Positions 35,768-44,081 of a stretch of DNA of 64,000 bases are shown here, one piece after another. A model generated the notes under the pieces. The model was not told the DNA's origin, made no database searches, and saw nothing but the letters and a program-made list of their open reading frames with translations. The stretch is from Burkholderiales bacterium (GTDB taxonomy: Bacteria > Pseudomonadota > Gammaproteobacteria > Burkholderiales > SG8-39), in the NCBI GenBank assembly GCA_023383795.1, contig JAHDYJ010000007.1:9363-73362 (forward strand), in the 5' to 3' direction. The position numbers were made by a program, and so were the translations under genes. Positions within the stretch are counted from its first letter, which is position 1; the number at the start of each line of letters is the position of its first letter.

Positions 35768-35874
35768 TCTCCCCTCCTTTGCAGATGGTCCCGGGCGCCG
35801 CGCGGACCGCCGCCGCGGCCCGCGCCGCCCGAGACCGGTTTCACGACCCGGATCGTCCCTCGCGTCGCGCATGA

Positions 35875-37158
35875 TCAACCGGTCCTCAGCAGGAGCCGCA
35901 CGCCCGCGAGCGAGAGGTCCGGCACGTAGGTGATCAGCACGAGCGCGACGAGATACAGCGCGATGAACGGCACGATGCCGCGGTAGATGACCGCGAGCGG
36001 CAGCCCGAGCGCCGACTGCGCGACGAAGATGTTGATGCCGAACGGCGGCGTGAACAGCCCGATCGCGAGGTTCACGGTCAGCACGATGCCGAAGTGCACC
36101 GTGTCGATCCCGGCCGCCTTCACGACCGGCACCAAGAGCGGCGTGAGCAGCAGGATCGCGGAGATCGGATCGAGGAAGCAGCCGGCCACGAGCAGGACGA
36201 GATTGATCATCGCGAGCAGCATCCACTGCGCGAGGTCGAGCGCCTCGAGCCACGCCACCAGGGTCGCCGGGACCTGGTTCACCGTCAGGAGCCACGAGAA
36301 CACGTTCGCGCACGCGACGATGATCAGCACCTGCCCGGTGAACAGCACCGTCGCGGCCGCCGCGTCGACGATCTCGCGCCAGCCGAGGTCGCGGTAGACG
36401 AAGCGCGTGACGAGCGCCGCGTAGACGCAGGCGATGCCGGCCGCCTCGGTCGGCGAGAAGACCCCGCCGTAGATGCCGCCGAGCACGATCACCGGCGCGC
36501 CGAGCGCCCACGCGCCGCGCCCGAGCGCGCGCGCGAACACCGGCCAGCGGAACGCCTCGCCCGCGCCGATGCCGTTGCGCCGCGCGAACCAGACGACGTA
36601 GGCCGCGAGCAGCGCCGCGATCAGCAGCCCCGGCGCGACGCCCGCCGCGTAGAGCCGCGGCACCGATTCCTGCGCCGCGACCCCGTACACGATCAGCGGG
36701 ATGCTCGGCGGGATGATCACGTCGATCGCGCCGACCGCGGTCACGAGGCCGGCCGAGAAGCGCTCCGGGTAGCCGCCGCCGCGCATCGCCGGCAGCGTGA
36801 TCTTGCCGATCGTCGCCACCGCGGCCGCGCTCGCGCCGCAGATCGCGCCGAAGATCGCCGATGTGCCGACCGCGGTGACGCCGAGACTGCCGCGGACCGC
36901 GCCGATCCCGCCCTGCACGACGTCGACGATGCGCCGCGCGACGCTGCCGCGCGCCATCAGCTCGCCGGCGTACACGAAGTACGGCACCGCCAGCAGCGCG
37001 AAGACGTCGATCGCGCCGAAGAGGTTCTGGTGCAGGGCGGCGAGCGGCACGTTCATGTAGAAGACGAGCGCCACCGTCACCGCCGAGAGCAGCACGAGGA
37101 AGATCGGGAAACCGGCGAACAGCAGCACGGCCGGCACGACGCCGAGGGCGAAGATCAC
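35875..37158 (-). CDS. TRAP transporter large permease (DctM type)
   Basis: Last 427 aa of track ORF 35875..37596. GTG 37158 overlaps the DctQ stop (GTGA). Polytopic hydrophobic sequence with DctM blocks (..VPYFVYAGELM.., ..PPSIPLIVYG..). Confidence 0.88.
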   Translation of the reverse strand: MIFALGVVPAVLLFAGFPIFLVLLSAVTVALVFYMNVPLAALHQNLFGAIDVFALLAVPYFVYAGELMARGSVARRIVDVVQGGIGAVRGSLGVTAVGTSAIFGAICGASAAAVATIGKITLPAMRGGGYPERFSAGLVTAVGAIDVIIPPSIPLIVYGVAAQESVPRLYAAGVAPGLLIAALLAAYVVWFARRNGIGAGEAFRWPVFARALGRGAWALGAPVIVLGGIYGGVFSPTEAAGIACVYAALVTRFVYRDLGWREIVDAAAATVLFTGQVLIIVACANVFSWLLTVNQVPATLVAWLEALDLAQWMLLAMINLVLLVAGCFLDPISAILLLTPLLVPVVKAAGIDTVHFGIVLTVNLAIGLFTPPFGINIFVAQSALGLPLAVIYRGIVPFIALYLVALVLITYVPDLSLAGVRLLLRTG

Positions 37159-37670
37159 GGTTGCGCTCCTGCGCGCTGCGCGTGCCGCCGCGCCATGCGC
37201 CTGGCACGCAGCGCCAGCACGGCGTGCCGCGCGGCGACGAGGGCGATCAGCGCGAACCCGAGCGGCACCGCGGCGTGCGGGATCCACATCGGAATACCGG
37301 CGGTGTTCGACTTCTGCTGCAGCAGGAACATGCTCCAGGTGTACTGCGCCGACAGCGCGAGCGTGATGCCGGCGAGCAGCGCGAGCACGGCGAGCTCGGT
37401 GGCGCGCAGCGCGCCGCGCAGCCGCCCGGGCAGGAAGCGGGCGAGCGCGTCCATGCGCAGGTGATTCCCGCGCCAGGCGACCACCCCGGCGGCGAGGAAG
37501 GTCGTCCACACCATGATGAAGACCTGCAGCTCGTCGGCGCCGAGAATCGTGCCGCCGAGCAGGTAGCGGTCGACCACGTTCGCGAAGTTCAGGCACACGC
37601 CGGCGACGAGGGCGAGCGCGAGCGAGCGCTCGATGGCGCGCGTGGCCCGGTCGAAGAAGCGGTCGATCAT
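37155..37670 (-). CDS. TRAP transporter small permease (DctQ type)
   Basis: Track ORF, 171 aa. Four hydrophobic segments. Position and 4-nt overlap with the DctM gene. Confidence 0.8.
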   Translation of the reverse strand: MIDRFFDRATRAIERSLALALVAGVCLNFANVVDRYLLGGTILGADELQVFIMVWTTFLAAGVVAWRGNHLRMDALARFLPGRLRGALRATELAVLALLAGITLALSAQYTWSMFLLQQKSNTAGIPMWIPHAAVPLGFALIALVAARHAVLALRARRMARRHAQRAGAQP

Positions 37671-37874
37671 CGTCCCGGCCGCCCCGTCTCGAGATGGAGT
37701 CCGTCCCGCGCCGCCCTCACAGCTCGATGACCTCCTTCGGCGCGCGGTGCAGGCGCGCGGCGGGACCGTCCGGGCCGACGAGGTGATGCGCGCTCATGCC
37801 GGAGCGCTCCTGCCCGCGGGACCTTTCGTGTACATTACGGCGCCCCCACGCGCGCCGGCCAGGTCACCCCGAGC

Positions 37875-38555
37875 ATGCCCCGCCAGTCCAGACGCGCCGC
37901 CGCGCCCCGCATCGGGCTGCGCGAGCGGAACAAGCTCGAGAAGCTGGAGCGCATCCGCGCCGCCGCGCGCGCCCTCTTCCGGCGGCACGGCTACAGCGCC
38001 GCGACGATGCGCCAGATCGCGCACCGCGCGCACGTGGGCCTCGGCACGCTCTTCAGCTACGCCGACGACAAGCGTGACCTCGTGTTCCTGATCTTCAACG
38101 AGGAGCTCGACACGCTCACCGACCGGGCGCTCGCCGCGCCGCGCGCGCGCGACCCGCTGCTCGCCCAGCTGATGGCGATCTTCGAGCGCCACTACGAGCA
38201 GTTCGCCCAGCATCCGGCGCTCTCGCGCCTCGCGCTGCAGGAGCTCACGTTCTACTCCACCGGCAAGCAGGCGGAGGCCTTCCACGCGATCCGCGGCCGG
38301 CTGATCGCCGGGATCGAGCGCCTCGTCGCGCAGGCGCAACGCGCCGGCCGGATCCGTGCGAGCCCGGACGCGAAGTTCATCGCGCGCCAGATCTTCTTCG
38401 TGTATTCCGCAGCGGTGCGCTGGTGGATCGCCGCCCCCGCGCCGCGCGTGGCGGCGGGCCTCGCCGATCTGCGCCGCGTGCTCGCGCTGCAGATCGAGGG
38501 TCTCGCCGCGCGGCCCGGCGCGAGGCGCGCCGCGGCGCGGCGCCGGACGGCGTGA
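37875..38555 (+). CDS. TetR-family transcriptional regulator
   Basis: Track ORF, 226 aa. HTH LFRRHGYSAATMRQIAHRAHVGLGTLFSYADDKRDLV. Confidence 0.88.
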   Translation: MPRQSRRAAAPRIGLRERNKLEKLERIRAAARALFRRHGYSAATMRQIAHRAHVGLGTLFSYADDKRDLVFLIFNEELDTLTDRALAAPRARDPLLAQLMAIFERHYEQFAQHPALSRLALQELTFYSTGKQAEAFHAIRGRLIAGIERLVAQAQRAGRIRASPDAKFIARQIFFVYSAAVRWWIAAPAPRVAAGLADLRRVLALQIEGLAARPGARRAAARRRTA

Positions 38556-38690
38556 GCCGGGAACCGCGGCCGGAAGCCGCGCGAGACCACGCTTGCGCAC
38601 CGCAACGGACAGCGGCGTGGGGACGATAGGCAGGTTCATCGCACAGGGGTTCCGGGGCCTGCATCCGGCCGGACGCCACGGCGGGCCGCG

Positions 38691-39533
38691 CTACAGCCCC
38701 AGGATGCGCTCGGCGTTTTTGTGGAAGATCTTCTCCATGATCTCGTCCTTGTATCCGAGCTCGGCCCATTCCTTGAGGATCCGCGCGTAGGGCATGCTCG
38801 GGTAGTCGCTGCCGAACATCACCTTGTCCTGCAGCCGCGCGCGCATGTCCACCTTCAGGTTGCCGGGGAAGTGCTTCGGCGCCCAGCCGGACATCTCCCA
38901 GTACACGTTGCCCTTGTGCAGCGCCACCGCGGTCGTCTCGTCGACCCACGGCCAGCCGGGGTGCGCCATCAGGATCCTGAGGTTCGGGAAGTCGGCCGCG
39001 AGGTCGTCGATCGCCGACGGATGCGCGTGGCGGATCCGCGCGCCCATGCCGCCGGGCATCCCGGCGCCCATGCCGGTGGTGCCGACGTCGATCATCACCG
39101 CGGCCTCGAGCTCGTCGATCGTCTCGAACAGCGGGTAGAAACGCCGGTCGTTCACGGCGAAGTGCTGCATGATCGGGTGGAAGTGGAACCCGATGAAGCC
39201 GAGCTCGCGCACGCACTTCCTCGCCTCGCGGATCGCGAGCTCACCCTTGAGCGGATCGAGCGTCCCCCAGCACTGGATGATCCGCTTCGGATGGCGCTGC
39301 CACATCGCGTGCACGTAGTCGTTCGTGCACGGCGGCGTCCCGACCGTGGTCTCGAGGTCGAGCGCGACGAGGCACGCCTCCACCCCGGCCTCGGTGAAGT
39401 CCTTGATCACCTCTTCCTCGGGCTTGCCGACCCAGCCGCGGTTCCAGTACTTCGCCAGCGCCTCGACGTAGGGGCCCTGGCTGTCGATCCAGGCCTGGGT
39501 GCCGGGGTAGCAGTGCAGATCGATGATGCGCAT
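38691..39533 (-). CDS. Amidohydrolase-2 (ACMSD / non-oxidative decarboxylase / lactonase) family protein
   Basis: Track ORF, 280 aa. MRIIDLHCYPG.., ..GFHFHP.., ..ILMAHPGWPW.., ..MFGSDYP... GAGGAT before the ATG. Confidence 0.8.
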   Translation of the reverse strand: MRIIDLHCYPGTQAWIDSQGPYVEALAKYWNRGWVGKPEEEVIKDFTEAGVEACLVALDLETTVGTPPCTNDYVHAMWQRHPKRIIQCWGTLDPLKGELAIREARKCVRELGFIGFHFHPIMQHFAVNDRRFYPLFETIDELEAAVMIDVGTTGMGAGMPGGMGARIRHAHPSAIDDLAADFPNLRILMAHPGWPWVDETTAVALHKGNVYWEMSGWAPKHFPGNLKVDMRARLQDKVMFGSDYPSMPYARILKEWAELGYKDEIMEKIFHKNAERILGL

Positions 39534-39549
39534 GACGGATCCTCGGGGC

Positions 39550-41208
39550 TCACGCGGACTTCGCTTCGCGCTCGGCCGCGAGCTTCTGCGCGACCGTCTC
39601 CGCGAGCGCCTTCTTCGACACCTTGCCGAACGTCGACACCGGGAACTCCGGCACGACCTCGAGCCGCTCGGGCAGCTTGAACTTCGCGATCTCCTTCTCG
39701 AGCAGGAAGGCGACGAGCTCCTTCAGCGCGAGGGATCTCCCGGGCCGCGGCACGACGAACGCGCACATCCTCTCGCCGAGGTTCGCATCCGGCATCGGGA
39801 CGCAGGCGACGTTCTGCACCGCCGGATGCATCAGGATCAGGTTCTCGACCTCCTCCGCGCTGATCTTCTCGCCGCCGCGGTTGATCAGGTCCTTCTTGCG
39901 GCCCTCGACGACGTAGTTGCCGCTCGGATGCAGGCGCATCAGGTCGCCCGAGCGGTAGAAGCCGTCCGGCGTGAACTGCCGCGCGTTGTACTCGGGCGCG
40001 CCGAAATAGCCGCGCAGCGTGTACGGGCCGCGGCACGAGAGCTCGCCCACCGCGCCCGCCGGCACCTCGCGCCCCTCGTCGTCGATCAGCCTCACCTCGT
40101 CGTCGGGGCAGATCGGCCGGCCGCAGGTCTCGAGCTTGACCTCGTCCGGGTCGTCCCACCGCACGAACATCAGCAGGCCCTCGGACATGCCGAAGTTCTC
40201 CTGCACGAACGCGCTCGGGACGAGACCCTGGGTGCGCAGCCGCACCTCCGGCTGCATGCGCTGGCCGCCGCTCTGGATGAGGCGCAGCGACGAGAGGTCG
40301 TAGTCGCCGATCGCCGGATCGTTGATCAGCCGGATCAGGAACGCCGGCACGACCTTGAGGTGCGTCACGCGGTGGCGCTGGATGCGCTCGAACACGTCGG
40401 CCGGCCGCGTGGTCGGGCTCAGCACGACCCTGCCGCCGTTGAAGAAGGCGCCCTGGATGCCCGGGCAGGCGAGCGGGAGGTTGTGGGCGATCGGCAGCGC
40501 GATGAGCACCACTGTGTCGCCGGTCACGCGGCAGACCTCGGCGGCGGTCTTCGAGTTGTAGGCGTAGTCGTTGTGGGTGCGCGGGATCAGCTTCGGAATG
40601 CCGGTCGTGCCGCCCGAGAGCTGGAACACCGCGGGATCGGCCGGATCGATCGCGATCTTCCCGAGCGCGCTCCGCGGAAGCCTCGCCGGCCGCTCGATCA
40701 GCTCGGCAAGCGGGATTTCCCCCGCGCCCGCGGCGCCGAGCACGATGCGGAACCCGAGCGACGGGCTCTCCCGCTGCACGCGCTCGATGGTCGATGCGAA
40801 GCGGAAGTCGCCCTGCGCCTCCGGATAGACGCAGGTCGTCGCGCCCGAGAGCTGCACGAACTGGCTGATCTCCAGGTACCGGTGCGTCACCAGCGCCGCG
40901 ATCGGGATCGCGCCGATCTTCTGCAGCGCGAAGTAGAGCAGCACGAACTCGGCCACGTTGGGCAGCGTGGGCACCACCCGGTCGAGCGGCGTCAGGCCGA
41001 GCTCGAGCAGGTTGAGCGCGAGGTTGTCGGTGATGCGGTCGACGTCGCGGTAGGTGTACTGCCGCTCGCCGTCGACCAGCGCCACGCGGTCGGCGTACCG
41101 CGCGAAGCAGGCGGCGAACTCCTGCGCGAGCGGCCTGTCCCGCCAGTAGCCCCTCTCGCGGTAGCGGCGCTGGAACTCCGGCGGAAAGGGGACGAATCCC
41201 TCGAGCAT
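39550..41208 (-). CDS. Aryl-acid adenylating enzyme / aryl-CoA ligase of the EntE/DhbE (2,3-dihydroxybenzoate-AMP ligase) type
   Basis: Track ORF, 552 aa. N-terminus FPPEFQRRYRERGYWRD; P-loop FQLSGGTTGIPKLIPRTH; NFGMSEG; RSGDLM; GRKKDLINRGGEKISAEEVE; FGKVSKKAL. Confidence 0.85.
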   Translation of the reverse strand: MLEGFVPFPPEFQRRYRERGYWRDRPLAQEFAACFARYADRVALVDGERQYTYRDVDRITDNLALNLLELGLTPLDRVVPTLPNVAEFVLLYFALQKIGAIPIAALVTHRYLEISQFVQLSGATTCVYPEAQGDFRFASTIERVQRESPSLGFRIVLGAAGAGEIPLAELIERPARLPRSALGKIAIDPADPAVFQLSGGTTGIPKLIPRTHNDYAYNSKTAAEVCRVTGDTVVLIALPIAHNLPLACPGIQGAFFNGGRVVLSPTTRPADVFERIQRHRVTHLKVVPAFLIRLINDPAIGDYDLSSLRLIQSGGQRMQPEVRLRTQGLVPSAFVQENFGMSEGLLMFVRWDDPDEVKLETCGRPICPDDEVRLIDDEGREVPAGAVGELSCRGPYTLRGYFGAPEYNARQFTPDGFYRSGDLMRLHPSGNYVVEGRKKDLINRGGEKISAEEVENLILMHPAVQNVACVPMPDANLGERMCAFVVPRPGRSLALKELVAFLLEKEIAKFKLPERLEVVPEFPVSTFGKVSKKALAETVAQKLAAEREAKSA

Positions 41209-41224
41209 GTCGCGTCTCCGTGAC

Positions 41225-41986
41225 TCAGGTCGACGACGAGTACCCGCCGTCGATGACGATCACCTCGCCGGTGACGAACCGGTTCGACTCGATGAGGCTC
41301 ATCATCGTCTCGGCGACGTCGCCCGCGGTGACGCAGCGCTTGAGCGGCGTCGCCTTCGCGCGCTTGCCCATGAGCTCGTCGTACTTGTCCTTGAGCATGC
41401 GCTTCATCCAATCGCCCTCCATCCAGCCGGGCGCCACCGCGTTCACGCGGATCTCGGGCCCGAGGTTCCAGGCGAGCGTCTTGGTCAGGTTGACGACCGC
41501 GGCCTTGCTCGCGGCATAGGGCAGCGGCTGCGGCCCGGGGCGCAGGCCCACGATGCTCGCGGTGTTCACGATGCACGGATCGGTGCCCTTGCGCAGGAGC
41601 GGCAGCGCCGCGCGCGTCACCTGGAAAAGGCCGCGCACGTTCACCGCGAAGACGCGGTCCCAGTCCTCGAGCGCGAGGCTCTCGAGGTCCTTCGGCTTCC
41701 AGCGCGCGGTGGTGCCGGCGTTGTTGACCAGCACGTCGAGCCGCCCGAACGCCTCGCCGACCTGCGCGAGCATCGCGCGCACGCCGGTCTCGTCGCTCAC
41801 GTCGCACCCGACGAGCAGCGTCTTCGCGCCGAGCTTCCCGGCCGCGGCCGCGGTCTCGCGCGCGGCGGCCTCGCTCGAGGCGTAGTTGACCGCCACGTCG
41901 TACCCCGCCCGCGCGAGCGCGAGCACGATGCTCCTGCCGATTCCGGTCGCCGCCCCGGTGACGAGGGCGGTCTTGCGGTCGGGCAT
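41225..41986 (-). CDS. Short-chain dehydrogenase/reductase (SDR)
   Basis: Track ORF, 253 aa. TGAATGIG, NNAG, YAASKAA. GGAGGAGG before the ATG. Confidence 0.9.
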   Translation of the reverse strand: MPDRKTALVTGAATGIGRSIVLALARAGYDVAVNYASSEAAARETAAAAGKLGAKTLLVGCDVSDETGVRAMLAQVGEAFGRLDVLVNNAGTTARWKPKDLESLALEDWDRVFAVNVRGLFQVTRAALPLLRKGTDPCIVNTASIVGLRPGPQPLPYAASKAAVVNLTKTLAWNLGPEIRVNAVAPGWMEGDWMKRMLKDKYDELMGKRAKATPLKRCVTAGDVAETMMSLIESNRFVTGEVIVIDGGYSSST

Positions 41987-42036
41987 CCGGACCTCCTCCG
42001 GCCGCGGCGCGATCGCCGCAGCCTCGTCACGCGCGT

Positions 42037-42054
42037 ATTCGAACGCGTTCGAAT
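42037..42054. promoter_or_regulatory. Perfect 18-bp palindrome ATTCGAACGCGTTCGAAT, candidate operator
   Basis: Read directly; it is its own reverse complement. Flanked by GCGCG..CGCGC. Lies 51 nt upstream of the SDR start (41986), in the gap after the DUF3237-like gene. Confidence 0.5.
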
Positions 42055-42109
42055 TTTCGCGCCATGATTCGCCCGCCCGGCGGCTTTGTCAAGCGGCGGG
42101 CGCGGCCCC

Positions 42110-42580
42110 TCAGGAGACCGAGTAGAAGTCGAGGATCACGCGATCGCGCGTGCGTACCCCGCTGCACACCGCGACGGTGCGGTTCAGCCAGTCGTAGGCG
42201 GGCGCGCTCGTCTCGAAGGATGGCGCCGCGCGAAAATAGTAGTGCTTCGGATCCACCGCCTCGCCGCGCGCGATGCGTTCGAGCGCTTCCGCAGGGCCGT
42301 GGCGGTAGCCGAAGTTGCGTACGTAGACGAGCGCGCCGTCGGTCGCCTCGATCGTGTAGCGCGCCTCGAGCACCGCCGTGCCGTCGGGCCGGATGATCTG
42401 CCAGTCGGCGCCGCCCGGCAGGATGCGCCCGGCGAGCTTCGGTCCGGTCACCTCGCCGCCGGTGATGTCGACGATGCGCCGCTCGCCCGCCGGCGTGCGG
42501 CCGAGCGAGCGCGGCGCCGCCACGGCGACCGCGGCGCGGAAGACGAGCTCGAGTCGAGGTTCGGGCGGATCGAAGGCCAT
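42110..42580 (-). CDS. DUF3237-like beta-barrel protein of unknown function
   Basis: Last 156 aa of track ORF 42110..42862, starting MAFDPPEPRLELVF at 42580. ..GGADWQIIRPDG..LEARYTIETDG-type pattern. Family name recalled from memory; moderate certainty. Confidence 0.55.
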   Translation of the reverse strand: MAFDPPEPRLELVFRAAVAVAAPRSLGRTPAGERRIVDITGGEVTGPKLAGRILPGGADWQIIRPDGTAVLEARYTIEATDGALVYVRNFGYRHGPAEALERIARGEAVDPKHYYFRAAPSFETSAPAYDWLNRTVAVCSGVRTRDRVILDFYSVS

Positions 42581-42683
42581 CTGCGGTTCCCGCGGCGTGC
42601 AGCGGCAAGGATACATGGACTGCGTGCACGGGGCGGATTTGCTACGCTCGCCCGCGATCGCACCCGGACCGGAGTCCGCCGCC

Positions 42684-43460
42684 ATGGGCGTCAAGCAGCT
42701 CTTCGATCTCGCCGGCAAGGCGGCGCTCGTCACCGGCGGCTCGCGCGGGCTCGGCCTGCAGATCGCCGAGGCGCTCGGCGAGATGGGCGCGCGGATCGCG
42801 CTCACCGCGCGCAAGGCCGACGAGCTCGAGGCGGCGCGCGCGCACCTCGCCGACCGGGGCATCGAGGCGCTGCCGCTCGCCTGCGACCTGCAGCAGGCCG
42901 GGGCGGTCGGGCCGATGGTGGAGGCGGCGCTCGCGCGCTACGGCCGCATCGAGATCCTGGTCAACAACGCCGGCGCCACCTGGGGCGCGCCGGCCGAGGA
43001 CCACCCGCTCGAGGCGTGGAACAAGCTCGTCAACCTGAACCTGACCGCGGCGTTCCTCGTCACGCAGGCGGTGGGCAGACGCTCGATGATCCCGCACCGC
43101 TACGGGCGCATTGTCAACGTCGCATCGATCTCCGCGCTCCGCGGGCAGATGCCGGAGCAGACGCAGACGATCGCCTACAACACGACCAAGGGCGGTCTCG
43201 TCAATTTCACCCGCGCGCTCGCGGCGGAATGGGGGCGCCACGGCATCACCGTGAACGCGATCGCGCCGGGCTACTTCCCGTCGAAGATGACGCGCGGTAC
43301 GCTCGATCGCATCGGCGCGTCGCTCGTCGCGGCGACCCCGCTCGGGCGGCTCGGCGGCGACGAGGACCTGAAGGGCCTCGCGGTGCTGCTCGCCTCCGAT
43401 GCCGCGCGGCACATCACCGGGCAGATCGTTGCGGTGGACGGCGGCGCGTCGGTCGTGTGA
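42684..43460 (+). CDS. Short-chain dehydrogenase/reductase (SDR)
   Basis: Last 258 aa of track ORF 42378..43460, starting MGVKQLFDLAGKAALVTGGSRGLG. NNAG; YNTTKGG. Confidence 0.88.
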   Translation: MGVKQLFDLAGKAALVTGGSRGLGLQIAEALGEMGARIALTARKADELEAARAHLADRGIEALPLACDLQQAGAVGPMVEAALARYGRIEILVNNAGATWGAPAEDHPLEAWNKLVNLNLTAAFLVTQAVGRRSMIPHRYGRIVNVASISALRGQMPEQTQTIAYNTTKGGLVNFTRALAAEWGRHGITVNAIAPGYFPSKMTRGTLDRIGASLVAATPLGRLGGDEDLKGLAVLLASDAARHITGQIVAVDGGASVV

Positions 43461-43546
43461 CCGGCCGCGCCGCAAGGAACTTGCGCACGCGCGCGCCCGA
43501 TGCTTCCGCTTGCGGCGCCCGCCCGCAGGTGACACACTCACGCACC

Positions 43547-43972
43547 ATGCAGACCAACGCGACGAAGCACGACGTTCCCGGCGGCGAGTACTGGCGCACG
43601 ATTCCGTTCGCCGAGAGCCTCGGCGTCAGGCCGATCGAGATCACCGAGGCCCACGCCGTGGTCGAGCTGCGCAAGCGGCCGGAGCTCCTGAACAGCTGGG
43701 GCGCGGCGCACGGCGGCGTCCTCATGACCATGCTCGACGTCGTGATGAGCATGGCGGTGCGCGGCCACTACCGCGCCAACACCGCGGTGGTCACCATCGA
43801 CATGAGCGTCGGCTTCATGAACGCGAGCCGCAACGACTTCGTGCGCGCCGAGGGCCGCGTGCTGCACGGCGGCCAGTCCACCGCGTTCTGCGAGGGCGAG
43901 GCGCGCGACGAGTCGGGCCTGCTGCTCGCGAAGGCGATCGGCACCTTCAAGCGGGTCACGGAACGGAAGTAG
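43547..43972 (+). CDS. PaaI/YbdB-type hotdog-fold thioesterase
   Basis: Last 141 aa of track ORF 42086..43972, starting MQTNATKHD. ..NSWGAAHGGVLMTMLD.. is the characteristic PaaI-family block. Confidence 0.75.
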   Translation: MQTNATKHDVPGGEYWRTIPFAESLGVRPIEITEAHAVVELRKRPELLNSWGAAHGGVLMTMLDVVMSMAVRGHYRANTAVVTIDMSVGFMNASRNDFVRAEGRVLHGGQSTAFCEGEARDESGLLLAKAIGTFKRVTERK

Positions 43973-44081
43973 GTTCGCCCCTACGGGCCAATCACCATGG
44001 CCCTCACCGGGGAGCAGATCGGCAGCCTCGTCTGCGTCGCGGCCGCACGCCGACGTGCGCCCGCTGCGCGCGGCGCGCGGC

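Noticed and set aside
37717-37797. 26-codon minus-strand ORF (MSAHHLVGPDGPAARLHRAPKEVIEL), with GGAG 9 nt upstream, just before the dctQ-type gene. Possible leader peptide.
   Set aside because: Too short, and no recognisable features or conservation evidence are available. It could equally be chance in a 204-bp divergent regulatory region.
38691-43972. Catecholate siderophore biosynthesis cluster (EntE-like ligase, EntA-like SDRs, EntH-like thioesterase).
   Set aside because: No isochorismate synthase/lyase, aryl carrier protein, NRPS condensation domains, or TonB-dependent receptor/exporter genes are present. The neighbours are catabolic-type enzymes.
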